From assembly GCA_965223545.1 (NCBI GenBank), contig OZ245006.1:1-64000 (forward strand): a DNA stretch of 64,000 nucleotides, written 5' to 3'. Source of the stretch: Planctomycetota bacterium (GTDB lineage Bacteria; Planctomycetota; UBA1135; UBA2386). Below the pieces are notes generated by a model. The model was not told where the DNA came from, did no database searches, and was given only the letters and a program-made list of their open reading frames with translations. Below are positions 16,395 through 26,635 of the stretch, piece after piece. Each line of letters starts with the position of its first letter. Positions within the stretch are counted from its first letter, which is position 1. The translations under genes were made by a program, and so were the position numbers.

Positions 16395-17392
16395 GGCTCT
16401 CGATCCGCCGCCGGCTGGTCTATGCGATCCTCCCCCTGTTGCTCGCGGTGGTGCTCGTCGAGCTCGGGGGACGTTGCGTCTTCTTCCAGTTCGACGGCCG
16501 GAGGATGTTCGCGGTGCAGCGCATGTACGACGCGCTCGCCGGACACGTCCGCGACCGGGTGGTGGAGCGGGCCGTCGATCGAGCTGCCAAGGACTTCGCG
16601 CGGGCGGAGGCGCTGAGCCCGGCGGATGAGCGTGAGCGGCACGCGGCCTTGTACGAGCCGCTGTTCGACCGCTTCGTCAGCGCATGCCGGCGCGCGGACG
16701 CCCGGCTGGTGATCGTCTACGTGCCGGCGGCGGACCGCGACGACTCGGTGGCGCTGGATCTGTTTGCGCGGCTGACGGGCAAGCACGGGCTGCCTCTGCT
16801 GGATCTTTCGCCGCACGTCCGGCGGTTTCCGACGACCCGGACGTACTTGTTGCCGGAAGACGGGCACCTCTCGCGCTTCGGAAACTACCTGTTGGTCGAC
16901 GCGCTGGTTCCCGTCCTCGAGCCGATGTTGCACCATCGCTCGTCGGTTGAGCTGGCGGAGAGGCCGGAGTTGCTGGGGGATCTCGACGCCAACCTGAACA
17001 CGATCTTCTGGCGCAAAGCACCGTTGCCGTGTCGTCTGATCACCAACTCGCAGGGCCTGCGGCGGACCACCGACGTCGAGTTCCCCAAGACGAGGGTGCG
17101 CGTGCTGTGCATCGGCGACTCGTACACCTTTGGGCACGCCATGCACAATGCGCAGTGCTATCCGCAACTGCTCGAACGCCTTCACCCGCAGCTGGAGGTG
17201 ATCAACGCGGGCGTGTCCGGCTACACGATCTGTGACCAGTGCTCTTACTTCGAGGAGCGCGGCCGGTATCTGCAGCCGGACATCGTCGTGCTGCAGGTCA
17301 TGCCGAACGACCTCGATGGGTTTCGACCGGAGCTGCAGCGGCTGTACTGCCGCGGTGGCGCGTACTGCCCGACGAAGGGCGAGCGCCGGTGA
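16349..17392 (+). CDS. Membrane-anchored SGNH/GDSL hydrolase with permuted motif order
   Basis: N-terminal TM helix; EDGHLS (block V); then CIGDSYTFG, INAGVSGY, MPND. Confidence 0.8.
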   Translation: MVRSRLPQGNSAPRARLSIRRRLVYAILPLLLAVVLVELGGRCVFFQFDGRRMFAVQRMYDALAGHVRDRVVERAVDRAAKDFARAEALSPADERERHAALYEPLFDRFVSACRRADARLVIVYVPAADRDDSVALDLFARLTGKHGLPLLDLSPHVRRFPTTRTYLLPEDGHLSRFGNYLLVDALVPVLEPMLHHRSSVELAERPELLGDLDANLNTIFWRKAPLPCRLITNSQGLRRTTDVEFPKTRVRVLCIGDSYTFGHAMHNAQCYPQLLERLHPQLEVINAGVSGYTICDQCSYFEERGRYLQPDIVVLQVMPNDLDGFRPELQRLYCRGGAYCPTKGERR

Positions 17393-17406
17393 GTGCGATC
17401 GTCGCG

Positions 17407-18729
17407 TCAGAACACTTCAATCACGTCGAGCGCCGTGTAGCTGCTGCCGACCAGCGACTGGAGCCCGATGCGGGTGTAGGCGGGGGTGCCGGCGGCGATC
17501 GGCAGGTTGACGCTGGTCAGCCCATTGGCCGGCATCGGGCCGGTCGACACAGGGAAGCCGGGCAGAAACGGCATCTGCAGGTAGAAGGGGCCGAACACGG
17601 TCATGATCGGGTTGGTCGTGGTGAAGTTCGTGCTGGCGAACACGTCGACCGGGTTGCTGCCCGGCGGGCCGATCGTGCGGATGATGACCGTACTGCCGGC
17701 AGTCGAGGCCAGGCCGACGGCGTAGACGTGCGGGTGGAACTCGTCCGCGCCCATGTCGACGGTGCCGGTGAAGATGCGTGGATCGCCCTCGAAATCCACC
17801 GGCCCCGCGGCGGCGAGCGCGTTGCTGCCGGCGTCGATGCACGGCGATGTCGCGAGCAGGTGCAGATCGCCGCCCGGTCCACTGACGAACGCGGGATCGA
17901 GTGCCAGGTTGCCAGCGCCCCAGCTCAGCGTGCCGCCGGCGATGACGACGCCGGCTTGGCCGCCCTGCACGTCGGAGTACTCGACGGTGACCGCCGTGCT
18001 GCCGGCGAGGTAGAGCTCCTGGGCAGTGTCGCCCCACAACACGCTGTTGCGCACGGTCAGATTGCTGCTGTCGGTCGAGTAGAGCGCGCCTCCCTCGGCA
18101 GCGCGGTTGCCGCCGAACGAGCAGTTGGTCACGGTCATCATCGCTCCCAGGCGCAGGGCGATCGCCCCGCCGCCCGAGTAGCTGATGTTCTGGTTGAACA
18201 CGCAGTTCTCGACCGCCGGAAACGCGTTGCCGCAGTAGATCGCGCCGCCGCCGAGGCCGGCGGCCTGGCCGAGGTTGCGGCGAAACACGCAGCCGCGGAT
18301 GGTGGGGAAACCGCTGAGGACGCCGATCGCGCCCCCTTGGGCGCCCGACCCACCGGTGATCGTGAAGCCGGCGATCGTCGGTGAGCCGATGATGCCGAAC
18401 GCGCGGTCCTGCCCCTGGCAGTCGATCGTGCAGCGCGACGGGCCGTTCTCGCTGGTCACGGTGATGCTCTGGTTGACCAGTACGCCGCGATTGCCGACGC
18501 CGGTGTAGCGCCCGTCGAGGACGACGACGGCATCGCCGGGCGCGGCGGCGGCCACGGCCTCCGCGATCGCGTCGAACGGCGCGGCGAGGGTGCCGTTCTC
18601 GCCGGGATCGCTGACTGCGGGATTGCCGGGTCCCGGGTCGTTCGGTGCGTTGTCGTCGACGTAGATGCGGGTCTGCGCCGCCAGCGAAGCGGTCAGCGAG
18701 AGGGTGAGGAGAACGGCGGTGGACTTCAT
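17407..18729 (-). CDS. Secreted right-handed beta-helix (pectin lyase-like/Pmp-repeat) protein
   Basis: Signal peptide MKSTAVLL..AAQ; repeated GGAI motifs; SPCIDAG and DMGADE. Confidence 0.8.
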   Translation of the reverse strand: MKSTAVLLTLSLTASLAAQTRIYVDDNAPNDPGPGNPAVSDPGENGTLAAPFDAIAEAVAAAAPGDAVVVLDGRYTGVGNRGVLVNQSITVTSENGPSRCTIDCQGQDRAFGIIGSPTIAGFTITGGSGAQGGAIGVLSGFPTIRGCVFRRNLGQAAGLGGGAIYCGNAFPAVENCVFNQNISYSGGGAIALRLGAMMTVTNCSFGGNRAAEGGALYSTDSSNLTVRNSVLWGDTAQELYLAGSTAVTVEYSDVQGGQAGVVIAGGTLSWGAGNLALDPAFVSGPGGDLHLLATSPCIDAGSNALAAAGPVDFEGDPRIFTGTVDMGADEFHPHVYAVGLASTAGSTVIIRTIGPPGSNPVDVFASTNFTTTNPIMTVFGPFYLQMPFLPGFPVSTGPMPANGLTSVNLPIAAGTPAYTRIGLQSLVGSSYTALDVIEVF

Positions 18730-18874
18730 GTCGGTGTATCCCGGAGCAAGAGAGGAGCCCGGTGGTCCGCCCTGCGTCGCCAAACGGGGCCGTCGCATTG
18801 CGTGATCACCAACAGGTCTGGCGAAACTGGGGCGGTTCCGCGGAGTGCGAATCGCGAGTTTCTGCTGCCGTGCT

Positions 18875-21760
18875 TCAGCGAAGCGAGATCGCGACCTGGC
18901 AGGGTTCACCGCCAACGACCGTGAACGCCGCCTGGCCAGTCCGGCCGTTGGCGCGCACGGTCACGACATAGCGACCGGCTGCCAACCAGTGCTCGAAGGT
19001 GCGTGCGATGGCGCCGGGGAGCCGCCCGTACCTGCTCGAGCCGGCGACCAACCGTTGGCCGTCGTGAATGCGAACTTCGCATTCACGCAACGGGGTGGCG
19101 GACTCGACGACGAACTTGCACCGATGGCCGGTCTCGACCGCCACCGGCACGGTCGACTCCTCGCCCGCCCGCACTGAGACGGGAATCATCCGCGCGGCGA
19201 CCCCATCGCCGCGCACCGACACGAAGTAGTCGCCGGGGGCGAGGGGCTCCGACCGGCCATTCGCGCCGGCGCGCACGGCGAACCACCGCGACATCGTGTG
19301 GTCGGTGAGGCCTATGGTCGCGTCGGCAACGTCACCGCTCGCCCGCACGAAACCGGCGGGCGGCAGTCGGAGTTGGCCGAGCTGCCATTCTTCGCCCGCC
19401 CCCAGAGCGCGGAAGCCGGTCGACAGCCGGGGCTGGTCCGGAACCCTGAGCTCGAGACCCCATTCGCCGGGCGGCAGTGGGCCGATGTCGAAGGCCCCGG
19501 CTTCGTTCCCGGCGGCGAGGTGCGCGTGCCCCCAGCGCCGGTCGATGACGTCGATCATCACCTGTGGCACCGGCCTGCCATCGGCGTAAGCCAGCGATCC
19601 GGCGATGCGCACTGATGCCGGCGGGCCGGGGGTGAGGCGGAGCTCTGCCCGACTGGATGGCGTCGCAACGATCTCGATGGCTGCCGGTAGGAAGCCTGCC
19701 GCGGAGGCGGTGATCGTCAGCCGCTGATCGCGCGGACAGTCCGGGAGTGAGAAGAAACCCTCCGCATCGCTTTGCGCATTGCCGCGCCAGCGCGGCGTGC
19801 TGTCGGTCGGATCGTTGCGTGCGCTCAAGTCGGCGTCGGGGACGCCACGGCCGGCTTCGTCGAGGACCCTGCCGCGCAGCGCGCCTCCCGCGGAGAGGAT
19901 CAGTTGGCTGAAGAGCGTGTCGCCCGGTCGGGCCTGCAGATGCACGGCGGTCTCGACGCCGTTGTGCCGCGCGCGCAGGGTCAGCTCACCGGCGGGAAGG
20001 CCGTGCAAGGCGAATGCACCGGACCCATCGGTGCGCCCGCGCACGTGGTCGAAGTCAGTCCAGGTACCGAGCTCGACCGTGGCGCCCGCGATGCCTTGGC
20101 CGGCAGCGTCCACGACCGAGCCGTTGACCGACACGCCCGCCGAGAGTTCGACCTCGAGCTCGGCAGCGGCCCCCGCGCGCACTCGGCACGAACCGGTCCA
20201 TGGCGCGAGATCGGGCGCGCGCACCTGGACCGGGTGGTCACCGAGGGCGATGCCATCGATGCTGAACCGGCCGTGTCGGTCGGTGCGGGCGATCGGCCGG
20301 AGGTTCCCCTCTGCATCCTGGTCCTGCCGGTGGCCGCCGCTCTCCCCGACGGTGACCAGCGCCGCCGCCACGGGCTTGCGCTCCGGATCCAGGACGCGGC
20401 CGGCCAAGCTGCCGCCGGCGCCGGGGAGCTCGATGCGCAGCTCCCTTCGGCCGACGCCCTCGACGAACACCAGGTGCATGCGCGAGGGGCTGTGGCCCGC
20501 GGCCCGCGCGCCGACCAAGCACAGACCAGGGCACGCGCGTAGGGCGAAGCGCCCGGCGTCGTCGGTCGTGGCCGCGTACTCGGCGTCCTCCAAGATGCCC
20601 GGGCCCGCGAGGTGGACCTCAGCACCGGGTACGGCGCTCCCGACCCGATCGACGACCAATCCGCTGACCGTGACGCCCTCGGGGAGGACGAGCGAGACCG
20701 CGCGATCTTTGCCGGCGCGCACTTCGACTTGTGCAGAGACCGCGGAGTTGCGGCGATTGGTCAGTAACCAGCGGCCTGGCGCGAGGTCGGCGAACTTCGC
20801 CACGCCCAGCGCGTCGGTGCGGGCGCGCCGACTCTGGTGGCGTCGGCTCGCATCGGGGCGAAAGGCGAGGACGAGCAGATCCGGCACCGGAGCTGCCTCG
20901 GCGGCGTAGGTTGCCGCGACCGTCACGGTGCCGGTGGTGCGCGCAGCGCCACTCGGTGCTTCGGTAGGCCTAGGGGCCAAGGCCGCTGCCCGCGGCGGAT
21001 GAGACGCGTCCGCATCGGCGGTCATCGGAGCACCGAGGGGAACGCTTCCGGTCTCGGGCAATGCCACCGGAGCCTCCGCGCCAGGCCAGAGCAGAAGCGC
21101 GGTGACCGCTGCTGCGGCGGCGATTGCGATGCTCTTCACGGGAGAGCCCGAAGCGAGCGCCCAAGTGCTCATCGCCGCCGCCGCCCCACTCTGCGCTGGC
21201 GTCTCCGGGTACACAATGGCGATCGGCGCCAGCCAGGCGCGGCAATCGCCGGTGCGACGATCGAGCCGTTGGCGAAGCGCCTCGTGTGCGCTCCGCAGCC
21301 TGCTGTTGACGGTGCTCGTGGGTACGCCGATCCGGGTGGCAATCGCTCGAGGAGGCCGATTCTCGAAGTAGCGCAGCAGGACGACCTCGCGCTGCTCCCT
21401 GGGCAGGGCGGCAACGGCCTGCATGAGCTTGAGGCGGCGCTCCTGCCGTTCCGCCAAGCGCACCGTTGGCGGCGCCGAAGCGGACGCCGGGATCGCTGCC
21501 TCGGCCTCGTGCCGTCGCCGGCGAGACTCCTGGCGGCGCATGTTGTGAGCGACGCCGCGGAGTACGGACGCCAGCCAGCGGCGCGGTCGACGGATGCCGG
21601 GGTGTTCGCGCTCGACCACGCGCAACCAAGTCTCTTGCACGGCATCGTCCGCGTCGTGGCCGATGAGTGCCCGCGCCAGCGCGGCGACGAACGGAGCTTC
21701 GTCCAGGAGAGGCGAAAGATCGTCGGAGATGGCGGTCGGCATCGGAGTCGTAGTCACCAC
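18875..21760 (-). CDS. ECF sigma factor fused to a TM helix and carboxypeptidase-regulatory-like repeats
   Basis: ADDAVQETW, WLASV, LPREQREVVLLRYF, TVNSRL; TM segment; repeated G.V.D..G.P...A.V / TD..G.F units. Confidence 0.85.
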   Translation of the reverse strand: MVTTTPMPTAISDDLSPLLDEAPFVAALARALIGHDADDAVQETWLRVVEREHPGIRRPRRWLASVLRGVAHNMRRQESRRRRHEAEAAIPASASAPPTVRLAERQERRLKLMQAVAALPREQREVVLLRYFENRPPRAIATRIGVPTSTVNSRLRSAHEALRQRLDRRTGDCRAWLAPIAIVYPETPAQSGAAAAMSTWALASGSPVKSIAIAAAAAVTALLLWPGAEAPVALPETGSVPLGAPMTADADASHPPRAAALAPRPTEAPSGAARTTGTVTVAATYAAEAAPVPDLLVLAFRPDASRRHQSRRARTDALGVAKFADLAPGRWLLTNRRNSAVSAQVEVRAGKDRAVSLVLPEGVTVSGLVVDRVGSAVPGAEVHLAGPGILEDAEYAATTDDAGRFALRACPGLCLVGARAAGHSPSRMHLVFVEGVGRRELRIELPGAGGSLAGRVLDPERKPVAAALVTVGESGGHRQDQDAEGNLRPIARTDRHGRFSIDGIALGDHPVQVRAPDLAPWTGSCRVRAGAAAELEVELSAGVSVNGSVVDAAGQGIAGATVELGTWTDFDHVRGRTDGSGAFALHGLPAGELTLRARHNGVETAVHLQARPGDTLFSQLILSAGGALRGRVLDEAGRGVPDADLSARNDPTDSTPRWRGNAQSDAEGFFSLPDCPRDQRLTITASAAGFLPAAIEIVATPSSRAELRLTPGPPASVRIAGSLAYADGRPVPQVMIDVIDRRWGHAHLAAGNEAGAFDIGPLPPGEWGLELRVPDQPRLSTGFRALGAGEEWQLGQLRLPPAGFVRASGDVADATIGLTDHTMSRWFAVRAGANGRSEPLAPGDYFVSVRGDGVAARMIPVSVRAGEESTVPVAVETGHRCKFVVESATPLRECEVRIHDGQRLVAGSSRYGRLPGAIARTFEHWLAAGRYVVTVRANGRTGQAAFTVVGGEPCQVAISLR

Positions 21761-21786
21761 CCGGCGACGATTGCCGTACGAAAATC

Positions 21787-23082
21787 GTGTGCGTCAACCG
21801 GTGGGGTCAGCCTCGTCGCCGCGCCGTTGTCCCGCAAGGGGGCTTCGCCGTTGGAACGAACCGCCGCCTTCCTACGATCTGCCCCGTGGTCGGTTCTCAG
21901 CACGCCGGGCCGCCGCGGAGCGGCGGTCTCCTCCAGCAGTTCCTGCGCCTCGAGGCGTTGGCGGGTTTCGCGTTGATGGGGGCGGCAGCCGCGGGGATGG
22001 CGTGCGCGAACTCGGGACTGGCTGGCTGGTACGACCAGTGGCTCGCCACCGAGGTGGAGGTCCGGATTGGCGAATCGGGCCTGCGCAAACCGCTGCTCCT
22101 CTGGATCAACGATGGGCTGATGGCCCTGTTCTTTCTGCTCGTCGGCTTGGAGCTCAAGCGCGAGGTCCTTCGGGGGGAGCTTTCCAGCCGCAGCCAAATC
22201 GCCTTGCCGCTGGCGGCGGCCATCGCCGGCATCGCGGTGCCGGCGTTGGTGTTCTACGGCTTCACTCACGGCGATCCGGATGCAGCGCGCGGCTGGGCCA
22301 TTCCTGCCGCCACCGACATCGCCTTCGCGCTCGGCATTCTCGCCCTCGTCGGCGACCGGGTGCCGCCCGCTCTGAAGACCTTCTTGCTGTCGCTGGCGGT
22401 GTTCGACGATCTCGGTGCCATCCTGATCATCGCCGCCTTCTACACCGACGAGATCTCGTGGACCGCCAAGGGAATGGCGATCGGCTTCAGCGCCGCCCTC
22501 TTGATCCTGAACCGGTTGCGGGTGCGGCGGGTGGCCGCGTACATGCTGGTCGGGGCGGCCTTGTGGCTCTGCGTGTTGAAGTCCGGGATGCACGCGACCC
22601 TGGCCGGCGTCATCGTCGGCCTCGCGATTCCATTGCGCGTTGAGGCGCCGTTCGGCGGCTCACCGCTCGAGCATCTCGAGCACGGGCTGCACCCCTGGAT
22701 CGCGTTTCTCGTGGTGCCGCTGTTCGCCTTCGCCAACGCCGGCGTCAGCCTGACGGGCGTGCACGTGGAGTCACTGCTCGATCCGGTGGCGGTTGGCATC
22801 GCGGTCGGGCTGGTGATCGGCAAGCCGGTGGCCGTGTTCGCCACGGTCATGCTGATGGCCAGGCTCGGTGTGGCGCGGCTGCCCGCGGGGGCCACCCCAC
22901 TCTCGATGTTGGGTGTGTCGTTCGTCGCCGGCATCGGCTTCACGATGAGTCTGTTCATCGGCACGCTCGCGTACGAGCACACCGGCGACCTGCACACCGT
23001 CGCGGTGCGGCTCGGCGTATTGGGTGGCTCCTTGGTTTCGGCCCTGGTCGGCTTCCTGCTGCTGCGGGCCGCCGTCCGCTGA
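21787..23082 (+). CDS. nhaA: Na+/H+ antiporter NhaA (start may be later)
   Basis: WINDGLMALFF, GLELKRE, GWAIPAATDIAF, DDLGAI, GIGFTMSLF. Confidence 0.95.
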   Translation: MCVNRWGQPRRRAVVPQGGFAVGTNRRLPTICPVVGSQHAGPPRSGGLLQQFLRLEALAGFALMGAAAAGMACANSGLAGWYDQWLATEVEVRIGESGLRKPLLLWINDGLMALFFLLVGLELKREVLRGELSSRSQIALPLAAAIAGIAVPALVFYGFTHGDPDAARGWAIPAATDIAFALGILALVGDRVPPALKTFLLSLAVFDDLGAILIIAAFYTDEISWTAKGMAIGFSAALLILNRLRVRRVAAYMLVGAALWLCVLKSGMHATLAGVIVGLAIPLRVEAPFGGSPLEHLEHGLHPWIAFLVVPLFAFANAGVSLTGVHVESLLDPVAVGIAVGLVIGKPVAVFATVMLMARLGVARLPAGATPLSMLGVSFVAGIGFTMSLFIGTLAYEHTGDLHTVAVRLGVLGGSLVSALVGFLLLRAAVR

Positions 23083-23211
23083 ACCCAGTCGCCTCCCGGC
23101 CCTGCCGCGAGGTTTTCTCGCAGCGGAGTCTCTCCGGTTCCGCGAGGTGTCGGGTGGGAGAAAGCCTGAGAAATCGCGTCGGCCGAGCCCGCGCCGGGCG
23201 TTGATACCGAT

Positions 23212-23811
23212 GTGCCCGAGCTGTCCTACCAACCCCCTTCGAGCAACGGCCGGGCGCCGGCGGTGTCTCGAGCGGCGCCCGATCAGACGTCGCCGGCGCA
23301 CACCCCGGAGCCGCACGGCCGTGCTTTCGCCGACCTTTACGCCGAGCTGCGGCGGCACGCGGCTTTGCTCATGCGCGGGCGCCGCGCCGCGGTGACCATT
23401 CAGCCGACCGCGCTCGCCAACGAGGCCTGGATGCGCGTCGCCGAGCGCCGGCCGGAGCTGCTCGCCCGCAGTGCGGAGTTCTTGGCCTACGCCGCGACGG
23501 TGATGCGCCACATCCTGGTCGACGCCGCCCGCCGCCGTGAGCGGCGTCGCCACGCGACCGAAGCGGTGCGCGAAGCCGAACTGCCGACGTTGGTCGCCGG
23601 CGCCGAGCAGCGCAGCCTGGAGCTGCTCGCGCTGGATGAGGCGTTGACCGAGCTGGCGACGTTCGATGCGCGGATGGCGCGGGCGGTCGAGCTGCGCTTC
23701 TTCGCCGGGCTGGAGTTCAGTGTGATCGCCTCCCTGCTGGGAATGTCGAAGAGAACTCTCGAGCGGCACTGGCGCGCGACGCGCGCGTGGCTGTACCGGA
23801 GACTCGCGTGA
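23212..23811 (+). CDS. ECF-type sigma factor (planctomycete kinase-associated type)
   Basis: [39 protein letters not shown]...RAWL. Confidence 0.9.
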   Translation: MPELSYQPPSSNGRAPAVSRAAPDQTSPAHTPEPHGRAFADLYAELRRHAALLMRGRRAAVTIQPTALANEAWMRVAERRPELLARSAEFLAYAATVMRHILVDAARRRERRRHATEAVREAELPTLVAGAEQRSLELLALDEALTELATFDARMARAVELRFFAGLEFSVIASLLGMSKRTLERHWRATRAWLYRRLA

Positions 23812-25943
23812 AGGCCGAGCGATGGGGGATGGTGCGCGAACTCTACGTTCGCGCTGTGGAGCAGCCGGCGGCCGAGCGGGTCGACTTCGTCCTGCGCGAG
23901 GCCGGCGATGAGGGTCTCGCTCGGGAAGTGCTGGCCCTTCTCGCAGTCGACGAAGAGGCTGCCGAGGCCCTGCTGCGGCCGGCGGTCGACGGCGATGCCG
24001 CCGGCATGGTCGGTCGGACGCTCGGGCGGTGGTCGGTCGAACGCGAGCACGGCCGTGGCGGCATGGGGACGGTTTACCTGGCGACGGACGTCGCCACCGG
24101 CGAGCGCGTCGCCCTCAAGATCCTCACCCGGTTGGCCAGCGCGCGGCCGCGGGCGGTGGCGATGTTCCGCCGCGAAGCGGGCGCGGTGGCGCGGCTGTCG
24201 CACCCCGCCATCGTGCCGCTGCGGGACTTCGGCCAGACCGACGGGCACTGGTACTACGCGATGGACTTCGTCGAGGGCCAATCGCTGGGTGCGCTGTTGC
24301 GCGCCGCGCGTTCGGGTGGCGAGACTGCGCCGCTCGATCTGGCCGACAGCGGCGGCGTGGCCGAGTTCATCGCGGTGCTGCTGGACGGTCTGCAGCATGC
24401 GCACGAGCACGGTCTGGTCCACCGCGACGTCAAGCCGGACAACGTGTTGGTGGCGGCCGACGGCAGCCCACGGCTGGTCGACTTCGGCGTGGCCAAAGAC
24501 CTGACGCTGGAGAGCTTGTCGCAGACCGGGGACGTTTCCGGCACCCCGCACTACATGAGCCCGGAGCAGGCGGCCGCCGCGCGCCGGCCGATCGATCATC
24601 GCTCGGATCTGTTCAGCGTCGCGGCCGTGCTCTACGAGATGCTCACCTTGCAGCTCCCGTTTCCGGGACGCGAGGTCCGCGAGGTGCTGGACCGCATCGT
24701 GCACGACGACCCGAAGCGGATTCGCGGAATGGCGCCGCACGTGCCGGCAGGCATCGCCGCGGTCTGCCACAAGGCGATGGCCAAGGACCCGGACGACCGC
24801 TTCGGCAGTGCGGCCGAGTTTGCCCGGCTGTTGCGCGGGGCGGCCTTGGGGCGACGCGTGGCGTTGCGGGGTGAGCCGTGGCTCAAGCGCTTGCGCCGTA
24901 CCGCGGCGCGCCGGCCCTGGCTGGCCTCGGGCATCGGTGCCGCTGCCGTCGCGACGCTGGCGGTCGGTCTCGCCGGCAGCGTGCACGGTGCTGCGAGCGA
25001 GGCGACGGTGCGGCTCGCGCTCGGCGAGGCGAGCAACGTCCGCTTGCTGCGGTGGCCCGATGCGCCCGGGAGTCCGGTCGTGCGCGAGGAGATCGGGCGC
25101 CTCGACGCCGGCTCCCACCGGCTCTCGGTGACGCCGGGCGGCCGCGCGTGGATCGTCGTGGAATCGGGCGCGTCCGTGTTGGAGGCGAGTCGCGTTCTGC
25201 GGCTCGGCACCCAGGTGCAAGTCGATGCAACCGGTCCGGCCGGCGGTCATGGCGCGGCGATGCTGCACTTCGGTGGCGGGCGGCATGCGAGTCGAGTGCG
25301 CGTAGGGCGCGCAGTGGAGGACGTCGTCACCGACGTGGCACCGTTCTCGCTCGACCGCAGGCCGGTGACCAACGCCGAGTACCTCGCCTTCCTCAGCGGC
25401 ACGGGCCGCTCGGCCGAGATGGCCAGCCCGCGGTGGGACCGCGCCCGCGGCGTGGCGGCGCGCGTCGATTGGGATCGGCTGCCCGCCACCGGGATGACGC
25501 GGGCGCAGGCCCGTGCGTATGCCGAGTGGTGCGGCAAGCGGTTGCCGACCAGGGCCGAGTGGGAGCTCGCCATGCGCGCAACGGGTCACGAGTGGCCGGC
25601 CGATGCCGACCTGAACGCGCTGCGGCAGCGCTACCGTGTGGACCGGCCCTCATCCAGGGTGGATTACGATGCCTACCTTCGCGACGCGGCACCGGTCGAG
25701 CGCACCGAAGCCAGCGAGGAGTTCGTCGCGGGCATCGGCAACGTCTGGGAGTGGGTCGACGACCTCGCCGTCGAGCGCGGGGACGGCGGCTACGAGAGTC
25801 TGCCTCGCTTGGCGCTGGCCAAGGGTGGCTTCTGGGGAACCCCGGTGGGCCACGCGCGGGCTCACGGTGTCACCCTGGAGACGATGAGTCACACCGACTC
25901 GGTCGAGATCGGTTTTCGTTGCGCCCGGAGCGCAACCCAATGA
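23808..25943 (+). CDS. Ser/Thr protein kinase with C-terminal FGE-sulfatase (SUMF1)-like domain
   Basis: [60 protein letters not shown] start overlaps the ECF stop. Confidence 0.92.
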   Translation: MKAERWGMVRELYVRAVEQPAAERVDFVLREAGDEGLAREVLALLAVDEEAAEALLRPAVDGDAAGMVGRTLGRWSVEREHGRGGMGTVYLATDVATGERVALKILTRLASARPRAVAMFRREAGAVARLSHPAIVPLRDFGQTDGHWYYAMDFVEGQSLGALLRAARSGGETAPLDLADSGGVAEFIAVLLDGLQHAHEHGLVHRDVKPDNVLVAADGSPRLVDFGVAKDLTLESLSQTGDVSGTPHYMSPEQAAAARRPIDHRSDLFSVAAVLYEMLTLQLPFPGREVREVLDRIVHDDPKRIRGMAPHVPAGIAAVCHKAMAKDPDDRFGSAAEFARLLRGAALGRRVALRGEPWLKRLRRTAARRPWLASGIGAAAVATLAVGLAGSVHGAASEATVRLALGEASNVRLLRWPDAPGSPVVREEIGRLDAGSHRLSVTPGGRAWIVVESGASVLEASRVLRLGTQVQVDATGPAGGHGAAMLHFGGGRHASRVRVGRAVEDVVTDVAPFSLDRRPVTNAEYLAFLSGTGRSAEMASPRWDRARGVAARVDWDRLPATGMTRAQARAYAEWCGKRLPTRAEWELAMRATGHEWPADADLNALRQRYRVDRPSSRVDYDAYLRDAAPVERTEASEEFVAGIGNVWEWVDDLAVERGDGGYESLPRLALAKGGFWGTPVGHARAHGVTLETMSHTDSVEIGFRCARSATQ

Positions 25944-25979
25944 CTGCTTGCCCACCTTCGATGCCGAATGGAGGCTCCC

Positions 25980-26429
25980 ATGACCGAACCCCAACCCTAC
26001 CGCGCCAGCGTCGGTTTCAACGTCAACTTCACCCATTCGTCACTCGGTGACTTTGCGCACCTGACCCCGGCGCAGGAGTACGCGATCCGCGAGCTGTACT
26101 TCCAGGCCCTGCTGGGGTCGAACCCCGCTGGTTTCGCGGCGCTGTGCGCGCGGAAGTGGGATGTCAGCGGCGAGCCCGCCAACGGCCACCTCGGCGGAAG
26201 CGAGGCGCACCGCATCGCGGAGCTGGCGACCGGTGCCTACAACGACTTGAAGACGGGGACCACCCTCAAGCTGCCGAGCGAAGACCCGCACTGCGTGCGC
26301 TGGGAGTGGATCGACGGCAAGCTCTGCACGATCTACAACTACCTGGCGCCGGTGGAGAGCTGCACCGAGTGCCCGCCTCCCGGGGGCACCTACCACGTCA
26401 TCGTGTGCAACGAGGCACCACTGCCATAG
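25980..26429 (+). CDS. Hypothetical Cys-rich protein
   Basis: GGAGG RBS; strong host-like codon bias; six Cys. Confidence 0.65.
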   Translation: MTEPQPYRASVGFNVNFTHSSLGDFAHLTPAQEYAIRELYFQALLGSNPAGFAALCARKWDVSGEPANGHLGGSEAHRIAELATGAYNDLKTGTTLKLPSEDPHCVRWEWIDGKLCTIYNYLAPVESCTECPPPGGTYHVIVCNEAPLP

Positions 26430-26464
26430 CCGCTCGCCTCGTGCACGACGCGACGAACGAACGT

Positions 26465-26541
26465 TGGCACGCCCGCCAGGACTCGAACCTGGGACCCTCG
26501 GATTAGAAATCCGATGCTCTATCCGGCTGAGCTACGGGCGC
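26465..26541 (-). tRNA. tRNA-Arg(TCT)
   Basis: GCGCCCGTAGCTCAG...TCGGA-TTTCTAA-TCCGA...GGTTCGAGTCC...CGGGCGTGCCA. Confidence 0.96.
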
Positions 26542-26635
26542 TCCGTCGCCGCAGCTTGCCCGGCCCCGCGGCGCCGGTCAACCAGGCACAGCAGTCAACC
26601 AGGGCGGCAGGAACGGAGCGCTGCCGGCGGGCGCG

